A DNA stretch of 64,000 nucleotides, taken from contig NEEC01000017.1 of assembly GCA_002189035.1 (NCBI GenBank), positions 1 to 64,000 on the forward strand. Direction: 5' to 3'. Both the position numbers and the translations under genes were made by a program. Under the pieces are notes generated by a model. That model made no database searches. It was not told where the DNA came from and worked only from the letters and a program-made list of their open reading frames with translations. This DNA comes from Utricularia gibba. Lineage: Eukaryota; Plantae; Magnoliophyta. Shown piece after piece: positions 61,907-64,000 of the stretch (position 1 is the first letter of the stretch; every line of letters starts with the position of its first letter).

Positions 61907-63956
61907 AAATCTTTGAAGTCGTGCTTCACTTTGCGGATCTGATATGTGTAATGGGAATTTGGCAATCTACGTGAAAGAATAGTTGTATTACTTTTCACGG
62001 TAGTTCCGTCACGGTTGTACAATCTCCACCGTGTGACGGGTAGGTGGGATTCCGCGTAGAGTATTCAATCAACTATTTCAAGTGTTCATTTTTGACCCAT
62101 CACAGCTGTGGGTAGCAGCAATGGAAGGAACGTAACCGGTACTCTCAAGTCTTGCCTATGCGGTGCATGCATCAATCATCGTCATCCTCCACACAGTTGA
62201 CTCTTTCGCACTCATCCACCCACTCGCTGTATCTGTAGACAAGGTTTCGTAAATAACAAGATTAAACATGCGGTTTGTTTATTTATTTGTTAAAGCGACT
62301 CCTTCGTCATGTAGCTGCAAGCACTTACATGTCTATAGCCTCAGAGAGTGCTGCAGAGAGAACGAGGAAGCAAGGTTATTCACTCAGGCAGCGTAATCAA
62401 GAAACAAATATTAAATACTTTTGCTGCGGTGAAAGAGCAACAAAGAGAGAGACATGTGATGTTCATTTCAGCATACAGTTTACGGAGGTGCTGAAGCTTT
62501 CTTGGCATATCCGACAGGACGCCTCCCCGATCAAGTTCTTCATGTCACTGAAATAAGAAGATCATATTATCATCATCATTTTCGAGCTCCAGGCACCATT
62601 CTTTGCGCATGATATTATGGATATGTCAAGGTAATATGGGTACTAATTACATGCGGCATTCGACGCTGGTGGCGTGGCTACAAAAGGGGCAACGAAACAC
62701 AGAATCAAGTTTGTTCATCCTCTTCTTGGGTAGTGGCTTAGCCCTTGACTTTCTCTTCCCCATGCTCTGCAAATCTAGGCATTAGCCATAACATGAATAT
62801 ATGGTTAGCTGTTAAACGCAAATTTGATCCAAGCGATTTCTTAATATCTACGCTTCCACAGGCATGCGACGACAACCCCTAGCTACAAGAAAAAGGGGGC
62901 GGTCGATATCATCATTAAAGAGGCTTGGGAGACGCACGTCCAGACGCCCATAACACACCTAACCTAAAAGAGATCAAGGGGAGAGAAATGAGGAAACCTA
63001 ATCCGAAGTTGATCGCAAGAAACCAGGGAGGAATGAAGCAGGATCTACGCCGGAGCATGAAAGAGAGGCCAGTATTACGTACATGGATCTCCGTTTTTTT
63101 AGCTATTGGACCAATGGCTTCTTAATTCGGCCCATAGGCATGAAGCCCAGCAGAGAGCATCTACGCGCATTTTTGTAATCATGGACGCGGAGCGCTAGCT
63201 AAAATTATTCAAAACAACCCAGCAGGCAGCAGATAAAGAGAATCTTGATTTTGTGCGTTGTTTCTTGAAAGGGAACGCTCTAAATCCTTGTCTTTCTTTT
63301 AAAATCCAAGTGTGTGGCGTGCGCGACTCTTTCATGGGTGAGCGAGCATATAGGAAGGATACCATCTAATAGGTAATACCAAGAAGGGTCAACCTTAACA
63401 GCTAAACAATCCAGTTGCTCTAGAAGAGTCGGATCCGGATCCGGAGCGGGAGCGGGTGCCTGTTAGAGAAAGAGAGAGGGACTGGGAGGGACCAAAAGGA
63501 ATCTTGTTGATGTGGGAGGCGGGCCCTCGTGTATTAAAAGGGGGGGCATCCGGTCTGCTTTCCATGTTTGAAGCCCATTAAAGTTACCACCAACTCTCAT
63601 CAAGACCCCATCCATCCATCTGCCTTCCACTTTCCTGTTTCCAGTCAGTCAGCCCCCCTCCCCTTAACTCGAGGTTTATTCCAATTCCAATTCCATTTTC
63701 CCATTCACATCACCCGCCGCTCTTTCAATGCCCACAAACGCCACCGCACTCATCGCTCCGCTTCGCACACCAACATCGAATTGGAACAAGAATCGTCGCA
63801 ACTGAAGCTTCATCTCTCCCATTCCCACTCTCCTCTCTCTCTGGGGTTTTTTTCATTCCTTTTGGTTCATGGGTTGGTTTTCTTGCTCCGCTGAATCCGC
63901 CGTCGCAACCTGCGATTCCCAAAACTGGGAGCTTTTGATCGCCAGGAGCAGACAAG

Positions 63957-64000
63957 ATGACAAACGACGCCCCTTCCAGATCACCGAATTCTCTTTTGCA
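63957..64000 (+). CDS. Possible start of a host gene running off the window (MTNDAPSRSPNSLL...)
   Basis: ATG after a ~400-bp CT-rich leader-like stretch, open to the window end. Only 14 codons are visible. Confidence 0.3.
   Translation, partial: MTNDAPSRSPNSLL

Overview
Plant nuclear DNA, almost entirely repeats and nested transposons, running from a tandem array into genic sequence. 1-6761 is the right end of a near-identical, GC-rich tandem array of ~2.09-kb monomers. Older, diverged and rearranged copies of that monomer recur to 27648. They are interleaved with two CRM-clade Ty3/gypsy elements (both with a CR motif), a full-length Tork/Tnt1-like copia nested in CRM gag, and a rearranged second copia family that forms a 400-bp hairpin and inverted LTRs. 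27.6-50 kb holds long copia-type LTR fragments, a tandem TRIM, Athila remnants, solo LTRs and a 6.5-kb hAT element. That hAT carries, besides its decayed transposase, a second spliced gene with a Transposase_28 (PF04195)-like domain and repeated hairpin modules. 50-61 kb is a Mutator-like non-autonomous element containing a 9.8-kb Retand/Tat retrotransposon with a spliced antisense accessory gene of the same family. The only clear host gene is a two-exon DUF599 gene (61135-61906, minus). Best candidates for something new: the hAT accessory gene plus motif modules, and the CRM-targeted 2.09-kb satellite. All family calls come from motifs read by eye, not database searches, and divergence figures are hand counts.
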